Shown here one piece after another: positions 31,584 through 32,000 of a stretch of DNA of 32,000 nt. Source of the DNA: Aquifex aeolicus VF5 (GTDB lineage: Bacteria > Aquificota > Aquificia > Aquificales > Aquificaceae); assembly GCF_000008625.1 (NCBI RefSeq), contig NC_000918.1:750001-782000 (forward strand), in the 5' to 3' direction. The position numbers and the translations under genes are program-made. Within the stretch, counting starts at the first letter, position 1, and each line of letters starts with the position of its first letter. The notes beneath the pieces are model-generated. The model did no database searches, had not been told where the DNA came from, and worked only from the letters and a program-made list of their open reading frames with translations.

Positions 31584-32000
31584 ATGAGGAGAAGAGACTT
31601 TTTAACCTTAGGTGCAGCTTTTTTACTTACCGCTGCCGTACCATCATTTTCAATTGAAAGACTCTCTTTCAAAGATCTCAAGAAAAAAGCGGAGATCGAC
31701 GTGGTTTACCACGCGGACTTTCCTCAGGAAAAGCGTTTCAAGACTATGCTGAGGAACATAACAAACCACCTTTCCGTCTACAACTTCGATCCCTTTAAGG
31801 TTCACATCGTCGTTGTTGCACACGGAGCTGGGGCAAAGTTCTTCCTGAAAGATCTTAAAGGTACAAGGTGGGAAAAGGAACCTATAGATCAGAAAGCTAT
31901 AAAGGCTAAGCTTGAAGAGCTACAGCAGTACGGTGTAGAGTTCTACGTTTGCGGGATAACGGTAAAGAGGCTAAAACTAAAGGACAAGCTCTACGACTTC
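31584..32000 (+). CDS. Tat-signal, DsrE/DsrF-like periplasmic protein (3'-truncated by the window edge)
   Basis: ATG after GGAGGTGA RBS; MRRRDFLTLGAAFLLTAAVPSFS has an RR motif plus hydrophobic stretch; VVYHADFPQEKRFKTMLRNITNHL...KVHIVVVAHGAGAKFFLKD...YGVEFYVCGITVKRL has the DsrE-like pattern. Confidence 0.82.
   Translation, partial: MRRRDFLTLGAAFLLTAAVPSFSIERLSFKDLKKKAEIDVVYHADFPQEKRFKTMLRNITNHLSVYNFDPFKVHIVVVAHGAGAKFFLKDLKGTRWEKEPIDQKAIKAKLEELQQYGVEFYVCGITVKRLKLKDKLYDF

Overview
The window matches an Aquificales chromosome, most likely Aquifex aeolicus; several proteins (NtrC1, PrtD, Wzm/Wzt, SAT-APS kinase) are recognised from prior knowledge, with no search run. The left half (about 1-18.3 kb) is an accessory cell-surface and secretion region. 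It holds a multi-domain glycosyltransferase cut by the window start, a fused sulfate adenylyltransferase/APS kinase, GDP-mannose dehydratase, a broken SET-domain methyltransferase gene, a MethyTransf_Reg-type methyltransferase-like protein, a TPR-sulfotransferase, an RTX-repeat protein, a C-terminal HlyD-type fragment, a TolC-like protein, Wzt/Wzm, a DUF6447-like small protein, a GT4-type glycosyltransferase and a PrtD-type type I secretion ABC transporter. The right half is mostly core genes (fabH, plsX, rpmF, yceD, holA, purQ, gcvH, gcvPA, rsmI) with an archaeal-type RNA ligase. It ends in a lipoprotein / histidine kinase / NtrC1 operon, then a textbook sigma-54 promoter with a three-half-site dyad in front of a Tat-signal DsrE-like gene. 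The best candidate for something under-described is a putative pathway for type I secretion of an RTX surface protein coupled to sulfation, methylation or glycosylation. Its gene structure is damaged or rearranged at about 10.9 kb and 5.05-6.06 kb, and neither lesion shows in a simple ORF list.
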